A stretch of 64,000 bases of DNA from Octopus vulgaris (GCA_951406725.2 OX597825.1:46562001-46626000); one strand, 5' to 3'; positions 1 through 14,680 are shown, numbered from the stretch's first letter. Made by a program: numbers and translations. Notes: generated from the letters alone by a model not told the origin.

Positions 1-36
1 TATGTATATATGTATATATATATGTATATATATATG

Positions 37-67
<31 letters not shown>

Positions 68-82
68 GTATATATATATATG

Positions 83-115
<33 letters not shown>

Positions 116-120
116 GTATA

Positions 121-1053
121 TAATACAAAATGAGAAAATGGAGAAATATACCTAAATCAATCATCAACCATCATATAATACCCAATCAATACTTTATTAA
201 ACCATTACACAACAGCAGTTATATTATACATAATATATTACAAATATAACAAGACATAGAAATAGAAATAGAAAATACATTTACATTGTAGCTGACAGCT
301 GTTTCGGCCGTGAAGACAGGTATGTCCCATTTAACCTATTAGCTATATAAAGCAGGTATAAATGAGACATTAACAAGAATGTCTCACGGCCTCTTCAGAG
401 AATTTAATGTAAGTATGAAAAAAATTTACATATAAATATAAATATGTGTGCATAGACACTCATATTTCTACACATATATATATATATACACAATAATACA
501 ATATAAACAATATAGGTCAATATACATTAACAAACACAATAATGTTCCATATTGAACTCATAGTTCTATAATCAACATCAAGGAAATACATGTACACTCA
601 CATTTAAAGCAGGCATATATATTTAACAGTCCAGTCTATTAAAATATGTAACCACACAAAAAAAGTCAATAAAATTAATATTAATATTAATAATAATAAT
701 AATAACAACCATGATTGTACCAACTAAAGCAAACGGACATCCACATATATACTCAATAAGTCGAATTCCTCTGCCCGCATGGTATTGATTTTCATAGATA
801 GATTCGATTGGCTTATAGTTTTAAATTTGAATCACAATGGAAATTTTACGGTTAGTTAGCCAGGAAACATACACACGCGCACGTACATCCACAGATGTAT
901 TTTCTATTTCTATTTCTATGTCTTGTTATATTTGTAATATATTATGTATAATATAACTGCTGTTGTGTAATGGTTTAATAAAGTATTGATTGGGTATTAT
1001 CTGATGGTTGATGATTGATTTAGGTATATTTCTCCATTTTCTCATTTTGTATT
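121..1053 (-). mobile_element. Penelope-like element remnant (pseudo-LTR with inverted terminal copy)
   Basis: 121-280 is the reverse complement of ~895-1053. A hammerhead motif lies at 281-410 on the minus strand. The element is flanked by (TA)n. Confidence 0.55.
281..410 (-). ncRNA. Type I hammerhead ribozyme motif
   Basis: Minus strand reads CUGAAGA, stem II GGCCGUGAGACA...UGUCUUCACGGCC, GAAA, palindromic CAGCUG, then UC. Flanks UUACAUU/AAUGUAA can pair. Confidence 0.7.
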
Positions 1054-1244
1054 ATTAATTTACGGTAATAATTGTACCCTTGCCCACATAATACAGTAGA
1101 TGAATTAATTGCATCGCAATTTTTAACATTTATGTATTAGTTTTGTTGGGTACTTCTCTAGCAGTATATTGGATATATGTTATCCCATGGAGGGTTGAAT
1201 TTACAACCCCTATCTAATTTTATATATATATGTATATATATATG

Positions 1245-1286
<42 letters not shown>

Positions 1287-1289
1287 AAT

Positions 1290-2733
1290 CCTTAAAAAAT
1301 GTTTCAGCCCGAAGGCCGCGGCCATGCTGGGGCACCACCGCTGAATGAGCTACACTCGTTTGTGAATCCACCTCTGATATGTGGCACTTGATCAACAAGG
1401 GAGTTCGATGCTGCTGCCCGCATCCGTGTCTCCTGTCGTGAGGTAGGTTCATCTGGGACGCCCAACAAGAAGAGATCCAGTTTAGTTTTAAAGAAACCCA
1501 CATCCACACCATGTAAGTCTCTCAGGCATTTAGGGAGGATGTTAAAGAGCTGTGGTCCTCTGAAACCCAAGCTGTTGCAGTATCTGGACCTGTATTTTGA
1601 TGGTGATGTTGGAATCCTTGGCACCACGCAGCGGCGCCCCGTTCTGCGGTTGGAGTAACTTTGAATGCCAAAGTTTGGGACAAGACCCTCCAGGATTTTC
1701 CAGATGTATATCACTGCATATCTCTCCCGCCTCCGCTCCAGGGAGAAGAGGTTTAATACCTTCAGTCTTTCCCAGTAGCTGACATTTTGCATTGAGACGA
1801 TTTTCTTTGTGTAGCTTCTCTGAGTTGCTTCGAGTTCTGCTGTTTGTTTTATATTGTGTGGTGACCAAAGTTGGGAGCAGTAGTCCAAGCGGCTGAGGAC
1901 AAATGTTTTCCATAGGACCATCAGTGTCTCCTTCTCTCTTGTTCTGAAAGTTCGGAGAATCCATCCAGCTAGCCGTCTGCATTTTATCACCAGATTAGCA
2001 ATATGCATTTGGAAAGATGCATCATTGCTCATGTCAATGCCCAGGTCACGCACTGATTTTGACTCAGGGATTGCAATTCTTCCTGGGCCAGTGTATCCAG
2101 TCTTCACGTCATTTACCTTTGTGTGCCAGTAGCGCAGGGCCTGGAACTTACCTGCATTAAACTGCATGTTGTTCTCCTCAGCCCACCTGTATATTGTGTC
2201 CAGCTCATGTTGCAGATGCGCAATATTTTCAGGGTTTTGTATTGCGTGGGATACTTTTGTGTCATCTGCATAGCTAGCAAGGGTGGTCATCGTAGCAACT
2301 GAAGGCATGTCTGAAAGGGCCACTATGAACATGAACATCAGTGGCCCCAAGACAGTGCCCTGTGGGACACCGCTTGTTATTTGCGTTTCCCTGGAGGTGG
2401 CTCCATTGCTCACAACTGCCTGTTTTCTGTCTTTTAGGAAGTTGTGCAGCCACTCTCCAAGTTTCCCGCCTATGCCGAGACCACGCAGTTTGTGACAGAT
2501 CATACCATGGTCGACTTTATCAAAGGCTTTTGCAAAGTCAAGATATATTACATCCACATTTGAGCCATTTAGTAGCTGTTTCAACACCCAGTCATAGTGT
2601 TGCAGGAGCTGTGTTAGGCAGCCTCTACCTGGTCGAAATCCATGCTGGGTGTCAGACAGTAAGTCATTTTCTTCAAGGAACATGATTAGTTTCTTACGGA
2701 CTATTCGTTCCATGACTTTGCTGATGTGTGAGG

Positions 2734-2736
<3 letters not shown>
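1290..2736 (-). mobile_element. 5'-truncated non-LTR retrotransposon (CR1/L2-group), RT and C-terminal part of ORF2
   Basis: Uninterrupted frame with [38 protein letters not shown] and RSYTK...SLERRRER. It is truncated at, and embedded in, a (TA)n array. Confidence 0.92.
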
Positions 2737-3844
<1,108 letters not shown>

Positions 3845-3845
<1 letters not shown>

Positions 3846-4273
3846 GGGGGGTGCAGAAATATAGGGGAGCACCAGTGGGGAGGGGTGGTTCAGAGAAATG
3901 ATGACAGGTTCTAGGCAAGTAGAACGTAGGATATCGAGAGAGGGGTAATGCATGGTGAAATAGCGTATTGAAGAGGGGGGTTCGAAGAGTAGACACCTAT
4001 AATGGTGGTGGGAGAAGCGACATCCAGTATAGATGGAGCAAAATATAGAGATATCCGGTATTGGTGGTGGGGGTGGGCAGGGCGGGTGAAGATACGAAGT
4101 TTGATTTTAGACGAATGAAGATAGATAGATAGATAGATAGATAGAGAAATTAGATAGATAGAGAAATTTGATAAATAGTTAGACAGATAGAGAAACATAA
4201 ATAAATGGTAACCGAAGTGAAAATTAAGCATTCAACTTATCTGCACTCAGGACTACAGCTTGTAGATGAATGA

Positions 4274-4323
<50 letters not shown>

Positions 4324-4390
4324 ATATGTGTATTAGAGGGGACATACTTCAAGATGGCGCGAAGATACGAAGTTTGATTTTAGACGAATG

Positions 4391-4422
<32 letters not shown>

Positions 4423-4620
4423 GAAATTAGATAGATAGAGAAATTTGATAAATAGTTAGACAGATAGAGAAACATAAGAGGGAGTATCCGGTGTAGATGG
4501 TGAGAACAGTGTTCACCGGTATTGGTGGTGGGGGTGGGAGGGCGGGCGCACCGCGCATTGGGAGAAGATGAGGTTTTAGGCGGCAGAAAGAAGACAGGAT
4601 TGAGATGAAATGCTTTGCGG
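3845..4620 (-). mobile_element. Highly decayed Penelope-like remnant with internal direct duplication
   Basis: ~4085-4200 is repeated at ~4360-4478, and the CCGGTATTGGTGGTGGGGGTGG block is also duplicated. Weak SLDILRST-type motif on the minus strand. Confidence 0.3.
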
Positions 4621-4714
4621 TGTGTGAATAAGTTTTTGTGAGTGAAAGTTTTTATGCTTCAGCTAGCATTTGAGACGAAAGACAACGATAACGCTATTAG
4701 ATGGGGATACAATA

Positions 4715-5142
<428 letters not shown>

Positions 5143-5155
5143 GTATATATATATG

Positions 5156-5186
<31 letters not shown>

Positions 5187-5187
5187 G

Positions 5188-5282
<95 letters not shown>

Positions 5283-5313
5283 GTATATATATATATATAT
5301 GTATATATGTATA

Positions 5314-5523
5314 CAACAATATAAGGAATGGCCATATAGGACATTTGACTCACTAGAGAGAGCAGCCAAAACTCATACCGCTAAGTAGTTGTAATTTTGA
5401 AATATAGGGGTAAACGTTTTTATTTCTCTTTCTATTTCAGAATTACAACTACTTAGCGGTATGAGTTTTGGCTGCTCTTTCTAGTGAGTCGAATGTCCTA
5501 TATGGCCATTCCTTATATTGTTG
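5314..5523. repeat. Inverted repeat (~85 bp arms, short spacer)
   Basis: CAACAATATAAGGAATGGCC...GTAGTTGTAATT is mirrored by AATTACAACTAC...CCTTATATTGTTG. Confidence 0.85.
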
Positions 5524-5634
5524 AATGTATATTATATAGTCTTTGACTATATTTTCTTTCTCACTAGACCGCTGGTAGCGGAGAATTTTTTCTAGAATTT
5601 TTTGCTACCCTTATATTTATTAATTGTATATATG

Positions 5635-5667
<33 letters not shown>

Positions 5668-5678
5668 GTATATATATG

Positions 5679-5723
<45 letters not shown>

Positions 5724-5830
5724 GTATATATATATGTATATATATGTATATATATATATGTATATATATGTATATATATATATGTATATATATGTATGTA
5801 TATATATGTATATATATATATGTATATATG

Positions 5831-5863
<33 letters not shown>

Positions 5864-5904
5864 GTATATATATATGTATATATATATGTATATATAATAA
5901 TAAT

Positions 5905-6455
5905 AATACGTTTATATATTAGTTTTGCAAGATTCTTGATGTGAAATTGTGTGTTGAAACAGATGTTGTTGTATTTAAGAATGGTCATTTTGCCAGTTTA
6001 GCCAATAAAAACATGTGCACTATATATTTGGTGTTAATTTGCTTCAGCTTTATTCATTTTGTACATTAATCTTAATCTTAATTCAGCCAGAGTTCTTTCG
6101 TCACATTCCTGTGACCTCATCAGTGGTCCTTTGCTTTCCTCTTTCTTATTTTGTGTGTCTCTCCTTACTAACAGTCAGCCATTTTGTATTTTGTATTCCT
6201 ATTGTATGTGTCTTCATTTGCCATGTGTATACCTCTATGTGTGTCTGTGTTTAGTTAGTGTGTGTGTGTGTGGGGGGGGGGAAGTGCCTGTAATATTTGT
6301 ATCTCCTGTTTATACATGATCATGTAATTTGACCGAAATAAGATTAAGATTAATGTAAAAAATAAATAAAGCTGAAGCAAATTAACACCAAATATATAGT
6401 GCGTGTGTTTTTATTGGCTAAACGGGCAAAATGACCATTCCTAAATACAACAACA
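5905..6455. mobile_element. Penelope pseudo-LTR-type repeat with inverted terminal segment
   Basis: ~5965-6080 is inverted at ~6340-6455. The sequence is similar to 30700-30900, which flanks a GIY-YIG remnant. Confidence 0.55.
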
Positions 6456-6479
6456 ATAATAATAATAATAAAAATAAAA

Positions 6480-6879
6480 AGTAGCAACAAGAGAATGAGA
6501 CCTTGATATTAGGTAAATAGAAGATTATTTATATATGTATAGTTCAGGACTGTCAGTAAGTTGTCATAATAGTACTTGGAGTTTCAAATGCCGGAGCAAA
6601 GAGCTACGATGCATTCTTGTTGGCTATTAATGGTAACAGACGCGATGAAAAACTGTTGAATAAAAAAGGGAATTACTCTAATAGGTAGAAAATATAAAAG
6701 ATAAAAAATACATGCAACCATATTCTCACAATACATAAACATAAAACCTCGTGTTTATAACGTCTACATACATACAAGTTCACACAAGCATGTATATAAA
6801 CATACACATACACACACAAACATATATATGCATGTACGTACTCATACATATACTCATATCCACACATATATATATTTAA

Positions 6880-6924
<45 letters not shown>

Positions 6925-7003
6925 TGTGCACACAACTTCATCCTTATATACACATAAGTGTATGCTTACATATATATATATTTAGACATTTATACATATA
7001 AAT

Positions 7004-7048
<45 letters not shown>

Positions 7049-8494
7049 CATTCACACACCCTCATATATGTATATACATATACGTACATATGTACACACA
7101 TATTTATATACATATACATCCTCCTATAACATACCTACAATCGCAGATATACGAGCATATGCATATCCGTATAAATGAATGGGACATGTGCATGAAAGTC
7201 GCACTTATGCATCAGACACAATCCTACACTCATACATACATACATGGGTACACATATATATACACACACACATACACATTTAATATATACATACATATAC
7301 ATATACTCACATACATACACATTCACACAATTAAAAAGGAAAAAAGGAAAAATATATATAAAACAATAAAAAAATATTAAGACATATCAAAAGCTTGTGC
7401 AGGAACATAGTAAAAATGCAGATTTTATCCGTGATCTTGGTGGGACCAAAACCATAACAGGTATTTTGTCATATGTGGACATGATCTAAGAAGTTGAGTT
7501 CTTGAAATTAAACATGCAGCGGGGTCTAAAGAACTTTTCCAGATGAGTCATCTTTCCATATCGCAAAGACCGCACTTTCCACTACCATTGGCATAAGGTT
7601 TACACTTGGCTAAGATCTTCCAGTAAATTCTGTGGCTGATACCTTGTTCTTTCAAGAACCATATATGACTGGATAATTTGGTAGTTTTTCGTTTATCCCA
7701 GTGTCTGAAGCTTAAGGTGTGATTGTTGAACTTTGCTTTAAAATTTCTCTCCATGAGGCCCACATACCCCTTTGATGAAACTGTGTTATTAGCGTTTGTA
7801 GAATCTACGGTGGCTTCATAAATAATGGCCTCGGTCAAACATGATCCATTTAGTGGGCACAAGTCTTTATCCCTGCAGGAACAGCCAACTTTGTGTTGTT
7901 GTTTTGCATTTTGCGCAATTATGTTTTTAAAATTTGGAATGGAACTAAAACTAATTTCTAGGTTATGCCTACTAAAGCGTTTTCTATATTTATGATTTAT
8001 TGGAAAATGTCTATCTATAAGTGACAAAAAAATATTTACCTATATTAAAGGTCACTTAGGGTGTGTGAACCAGATAATTTTCTTGTGTTTATGCTTTCTT
8101 TTCTTTATTTCTGGCTCAATAGCAGGTGTATAAGCTATTTCCTCTTTAAATCCACTAACGTTAAGAGCTTTGTTATATACTGGGGTAGCATTATTAAATA
8201 TATTTATATCGGAGGAGAGGCTAGAAATTTTCCTACTAATATTCCGAACTAAATTCTTAAACACTATGGGGTGGGGTGGCAGGAACCTACATTAATATAA
8301 CTAAGTCTATTATTGGGCTTTCTATAGGGTTTATAAATATTCTTTTGTAAATCCAGAGATATGGCAAGGAAATTGACAACCGTCAGGTTGGTATCTATTG
8401 TTATGCTAAGATCGAATGTTTTCATAAGATGGGTAATATCCTTCCTCTATTTCCAGATCTTTGTATATGAGGATGAAGTTCCGTGCACATGTAC

Positions 8495-8532
<38 letters not shown>

Positions 8533-11034
8533 GTAGAAGATTGAAAAGGAACACACGAGTTGATATATATATGGAAAAAAGTCAAGGTAGAAAACGCTAA
8601 AAGACTTTTATAAAAAACATTTCAGTACCGGTTTCGGTCATTGAGACTTTTTCAACTGTAAGTATGGAAAGCAATTATATTTTGGAAAAATTAAATGAAA
8701 AGTATTTTAAAAGAATATTTGCTTAGTATTCAAATATAAGGGACATTTTCCTTGTTTCTACCTGTCTCTGTCTCTCTTGTTTACTCTTGTTGGCTCGATG
8801 TCATTGTGAATTCTTGGCAGAGAAGAAGAAGAAGAAGAAGAAGCAGAAGAAGAAGAAAAAGAAGAAAATAAAGTGTGAGTGCTTTGATAGTAGTAGGATA
8901 TTAAATGGTCAAGTGCCTTGAAAATGACTTGTTGTGAATGGTAGTAGTGATTGCATTCTTGAGATTTCTCTTTTGAATGTATTGTTTATAATATTTGTGT
9001 AGGTGTTTTCTAAACAGCAGTAGTAGTAAAGTAAGGAAGGAGGTGGCAGAGAGGAAGAAGAAGACAAAGAAGAAGAAGAAGGAAAGCAGAGAAGAAGAGA
9101 AAGAATAATGAAAATGCAGGATGGTAGGATACTAGTAGTATGCTAAATGGTCAAGTGACCTAAAAGTGACTCTTTGTGGATTATGGCAGTGATTGGGACT
9201 GTTTTAAATGAATTCTTGGGTATCTCTTTTGAATGTATCCTTTTTAATATTTGCGTGTGTGTTATTCCAAGGTCATGGTGGATATGTCATTTGTTGTAGA
9301 TGCGTTCAAAAGGGGTCTGTATTTTTTAATAAAGAGAGGCTCCTTACTAATTCGTTGGCTACAGGTTGTATCATCGCTGAATTGATAGAGGGGAAAAATT
9401 CTGAAGCTTGGATTTTTGTTATTGGCGCAAATGTCAATGTTTTGGCTGAATGCTATTTTTCTGGTTTTTTTAAAAAATTTTGATCTGGGATCTGTGCAGA
9501 GCATCCTTTGATGTAGACTGTTTTTTGTTTGGCCTATGTATTGCTCTTGGCACCCAGAGCAGGTTAGTGTGTATATCAGGTTCTCCAAAGCACATGTGAA
9601 GCTGCTTTCCACTGTGAAATGTTGTCCCTCTTTGAAGGAGAACTCTGATCCCTCAATTAAATCGACACATATCCCACGCTTGTGTTTTCTGCATTTTTTT
9701 ACTGACGGCTTCAGTGTTGTTGTTGAGCATATTTGGGCTTGTGTTAGGAGACTTTTCATAGATTTAGGCTGTGTCTTGCTTTTTATGATGGTGTGTGTTT
9801 GAAGGATTAAGTTCATTCTGTGGTCCTTTTTTAGCAGGGGAATGTTTTGAAAGATAGTGTTGAAGGTTTCATTGTTAAGAGGGTTGTGGAGATGTATGGT
9901 AGGGCTTTTGGTTGTAAATCCTTCTTTTATTTGGGATGTATGAGTTCGTGGATGTTGAGTTGTAGGGTAATTTGAAAGCATATGTCACTTAGTGAAGGTG
10001 GGTAGTTCCTGGTGATGAGTGTATCCTTTAGTTCATGTAGTTGTGTGTCCCTGGTGCTTGCGTTAGAAACTATAGTACATATCCTTTTTGCTAGGTTGAA
10101 GGGAATATTCATTCTGGTGTATCTGGGGTGGCATGAGTTGAACGGTAGATATTGCTTGGAGTCCATGGGCTTATAGTATATATATCTGTTTCTATTACGT
10201 TGTTGGATCTCTTAATGAGGATGTCGAGGAAGGTAAGTTTCCGATGGCTATATTCCATCATGAATTCAATGTTTATGTCAAGTCCATTTATAAGTGCTTG
10301 GAATTCTTTAAGCCTCTCTATACTTTCATGGATTTACAACAAATGGCATATCTGCCACAACCTTAGAATAACACACACGCAAATATTAAAAAGGATACAT
10401 TCAAAAGAGATACCCAAGAATTCATTTAAAACAGTCCCAATCACTGCCATAATCAACAAAGAGTCACTTTTAGGTCACTTGACCATTTAGCATACTACTA
10501 GTATCCTACCATCCTGCATTTTCATTATTCTTTCTCTTCTTCTCTGCTTTCCTTCTTCTTCTTCTTTGTCTTCTTCTTCCTCTCTGCCACCTCCTTCCTT
10601 ACTTTACTACTACTGCTGTTTAGAAAACACCTACACAAATATTATAAACAATACATTCAAAAGAGAAATCTCAAGAATGCAATCACTACTCCAATTAACA
10701 ACAAGTCATTTTCAGGGCACTTGACCATTTAATATCCTACTACTATCAAAGCACCCACACTTTATTTTCCTCTGCTTCTTCTTCTTCTTCTTCTTCTCTG
10801 CCAAGAATTCACAATGACCTTGAGCCAAAAAGAGTAAACAAGAGAGACAGAGACAGGTAGAAACAAGGAAAATGCCCCTTGTATTTGAATACTATGCAAA
10901 TATTCTTTAAAATACTTTTCCTTTAATTTTTTTAAAATTTAATCGTTTTCCATACTTACAGCTGAAAAAGTCTCAATGACCGAAACCAGTATTGAAAAGT
11001 TTTTATAAAATTCTTTTAGCATTTTCTACCTTGA

Positions 11035-11089
<55 letters not shown>

Positions 11090-11310
11090 GTGTGCATTTG
11101 TGCGTGGATGTATATATGAATGAGTACGTACACACACATATGTTTGTATGTGCATGTGCTTGTACATATACATGTTTGTGTGAGTGTGTATGTATGTGGA
11201 CTTATAAACACAAGAGGTTTTATGTCTGTGTAATGTGAGAATATGGTTGTGTGTATTTTTATCTTTTATACTTTTCTACCTATTAGAGTAATTCCCCTTT
11301 TATTCAACTA
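6480..11310 (-). mobile_element. Outer Penelope-like element (RT C-terminus and GIY-YIG remnant) with inverted pseudo-LTR
   Basis: ORFs 8052-8264 (NISRKISSLSS..YNKAL) and 7548-8027 (CSC..CPLNGSCLTEAIIYEATV..YVGL). 6655-6945 is inverted at 8465-8495 plus 11085-11310. Confidence 0.75.
8576..11040 (-). mobile_element. Inner Penelope-like element with ~0.7 kb inverted arms, nested in the (TA)n of the outer element
   Basis: ORFs 9927-10166 (YLPFNSCHP..IPFNLAKRI) and 9262-9981 (FTC..NLIYTLTCSGCQEQYIGQTK, GIY-YIG). Arms 8576-9301 and 10331-11040 are inverted. Confidence 0.85.
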
Positions 11311-11705
11311 TTTAGAGTTACGGTTATGGGTGGGGGAAGGGTATCTTATTTTCTTCGCAAATGTAAATAAACCCAATCTGTTTCTTAAACGAGGGACATA
11401 TTCATACAGCACGGTATGTTTTCACTCTAAATGGACGTATTTGATTGGTTAAAATTGCCGAAATGCTCAATTTTAAAGTGGAAATATGTTACAAACTATA
11501 GAATTTTCTCAATAAAGCCAAGAAAAAATGATGTTTTATAAACACATTCTACCAGTATTTGAAGTTTAAAAGTGTTTAGTTAAGTAGAAATTGTGTTGAC
11601 ATATGCCGTTCAAAAGGAAAAGATCCAAAAGGAATACTTAGTAGTAGGTATGAGAGACCTAATTGAGAGAGAGAGATATTTTGCAGATTTAGGGGAGATG
11701 CATGA

Positions 11706-12155
11706 GCTGAAATTTATCTTAGACATCAATAACTGAGAGGAACTATAGAATTATATATATATTGAACATGAGACGTGAGGCTGAAATTTATATGAGACAT
11801 CAATAATTGAGAGGAACTATAGAATTATATATATATTGAACACGAGACGTGAGGCTGAAATTTATATGAGACATCAATAATTGAGAGGAACTATAGAATT
11901 ATATATATATTGAACACGAGACGTGCGGCTGAAATTTATATGAGACATCAATAATTGAGAGGAACTATAGAATTATATATATATTGAACACGAGACGTGA
12001 GGCTGAAATGTATATGAGACATCAATAATTGAGAGGAACTATAGAATTATATATATATTGAACACGAGACGTGAGGCTGAATTTTATCTGAGACATCAAT
12101 AATTGAGAGGAACTATAGAATTATATATATATTTAACACGAGACGTGAGGCTGAA
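11706..12155 (+). repeat. Minisatellite, ~6 copies of a 74-bp unit
   Basis: GCTGAA(A/T)T recurs at 11706, 11780, 11854, 11928, 12002, 12076 and 12150. Units are near-identical with no spacers. Confidence 0.93.
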
Positions 12156-12868
12156 ATAGACAGAGTCAAAGTGAAACAGAATAGAGATAACTAAAGGTTA
12201 ATTAATTGCGCAGAAATATTACTAGGTAGGTAACGGGATGAATTTAAAGAAGAATGCTTATCTGTGGCTCATCTTTCCGTTCGTAGTTTACAGCAACAAT
12301 TTGAATCGAAAATGGGGACGCTATAACACGGGCGTTAGTTTATATAGGGTGGTGGTGGAGGGGAGGAGAAGTGGGAAGTTCTGTTGTGTGGTGATCAAAA
12401 GAGATAGAAAGACAAACAGTGTGAAGAGATAGAGAAAAGCATATCGAGACAGCGGGGGGAGGGGGGTTGCGACCCGCGAAAAGTAGCAGCCATGAAGGAG
12501 CGCCTCTCATTTCTTGGAAAATGGAATACTTAGTAGTAGGTATAAGAGACCTAATTGAGAGAGAGATATTTTGCAGATTTAGGGGAGATGCATGAGCTAA
12601 ATTTATCTTAGACATCGATTAGTAAGAGGAACTATATATATATATATATAAACTACGAACGGAAAGATGAGCCACAGATAAGCATTCTTCTTTAAATTCA
12701 TCCCGTTACCTACCTAGTAATATTTCTGCGCAATTAATTAACCTTTAGTTATCTCTATTCTGTTTCACTTTGACTCTGTCTATTTCAGCCTCACGTCTCG
12801 TGTTAAATATATATATAATTCTATAGTTCCTCTCAATTATTGATGTCCCAGATAAAATTCAGCCTCAC

Positions 12869-12919
<51 letters not shown>

Positions 12920-12932
12920 ATATATATATATG

Positions 12933-12963
<31 letters not shown>

Positions 12964-13038
12964 GTATATATGTGTATATATATGTATATATACATGTATA
13001 TATACATATATATGTGTACTTATATATGTATATATATA

Positions 13039-14680
13039 CACTTGCGACAGAAATTAATTAGCACTTCTCAAATTTCTACATTTTCTTACATTTTCTTAAT
13101 TTAATTAACTTATTATCAGAAACGAACCCGTTTTTAATCAAAAATTTATTAAAACATATCCCAGCATACCACATAATAGTCAATATCTTGTTGCTCCTCC
13201 TTTGGCAGCAATGACAGCTGCTACGTGGGCCGGCATGCTGTCTATGAGCGCCTGCAGGTACTGTGCAGGGATAGCCCTCCATGCAGCAAGAAGTGCCCCA
13301 AACAGCTCGTATCGGTTCCTGTATTGCTGCACATTCAAATCCCTACCCAATCGACTCCAGTCCATGACCGTCACCCTATGGTCCTTGAAGAAACCGGTTG
13401 TGAGCTTGGCTGTGTGGGGAGGCGCGTTGTCCTGCTGGAGCACGTACTCCTCGCCACCAAAGAGGTATCCCGCAGAGGGTAGGGCAGCATTCCGTACTAT
13501 CTCAACGTACTTTGCTGCGTTGATGTTGCCTTCGACGGCATAGAGCCGCCCAACACCACTGTAGCTGAACGCCCCCCACACCATGCTTCATGGTGGGAGC
13601 AATGCAGTCTTTGTTGAAGCGCTCACCCCTGCGGCGTCGCACATGGACAGGCTTGTCACTGACGAGACTGAATCGTGACTCGTCAGTGAACATCACTGTC
13701 CGCCACTGCTGCACGGTCCATGTCTTGTGGGCACGGGCCCAGAGCAGCCGCCTCTGCCGGTTTTGGGCTGTAAGGAGCGGCTTACGGGCGGCCCTACAGG
13801 ATTTTAGACCAGCTTCCAGTAATCTGGTTTTGACGGTGGTTGTAGACAACTGCTTCCCTGTCACCTTTTGCATCTCCTCCGCCAGTTGCCCTTCGGTTGT
13901 TCAGCGACTTTCAGATCAGCATCCGGTCCTCCCGCTGGGTCGTCAGCCTCTTCTGTCCCCTACCCTTTTTGTCAGCTGCTGATCCGGTTTCTTCGTATTT
14001 CTTAAATAAGCACTGAATTGTGCGCCTGGCTACACCAAGTTTTCTGGCTATTGCAGCCTCCGACAGCTTCCCACGCCACGAGAGAGCCTCGTACCGTCTC
14101 TCAAAGGTCATGCGAGGTCTTGGGCCCATCTAGGAATGAACGATAAAAACCAGTTATTTTCATTAAAACTATTCATTTGAATAATGTTATGCTATAACAA
14201 AACTACTATGAGTTATTATTCATTAAACAAAAAAGAAAGAAAGCAGAATTTCTCACTTTATTTGATGTATAACAGAAAGTTTTGTGAACCGGAAGTGACG
14301 TCAGGAAGCAGAGTGTAGGAGAATTTGTGAGGAAAAAAATCTTGCAAATACACAAATCAATTAACCTACAAGCTGTTCAAAACGTCTTACGCGATGAGAA
14401 AACTTAGTACGGTGTGATTTCGGTCCTTGCGAGGCGCTACCTATATCTATTAAACAAAGGAAGATTTGTCTGCATCCGCACTCCAACTTATTGTTGCACT
14501 GCTATGTCAACATCATTAGGCTGTAGACTCTCAAACCGCTCTGCAAACAAAGTTACGTCATCGTTCTGTGCAACAGTGAACTTGCAACAAAGAAATAGTT
14601 CGAGATATGGCCACTAGGTGACAGCACATACTTTGAGTGAAGAGCAAATCAAGGGTGCTAATTAATTTCTGACGTTAGTG
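13039..14680 (-). mobile_element. Tc1-family DNA transposon, non-functional copy
   Basis: TIRs CACTTGCGACAGAAATTAATTAGCAC / GTGCTAATTAATTTCTGACGTTAGTG with TA flanks. The transposase is split over 13911-14129, 13502-13873 and 13180-13584 (HTH, KPLLT, FTDES, QQDNAPPH). The SPDLNPIE motif is deleted. Confidence 0.93.
14289..14303. promoter_or_regulatory. Overlapping ETS-CRE motif upstream of the Tc1 transposase
   Basis: Exact CCGGAAGTGACGTCA, ~160 bp 5' of the transposase ATG (14129, minus strand). Confidence 0.45.

Noticed and set aside
6545-6630. Additional hammerhead-like remnants (also ~5930, ~24195 and ~30720)
   Set aside because: Only the GAAA half or a degraded core is recognisable, which is too decayed to call.
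11706-12155. Regular array resembling CRISPR
   Set aside because: Units are contiguous and near-identical with no unique spacers, there are no cas genes and the context is eukaryotic.
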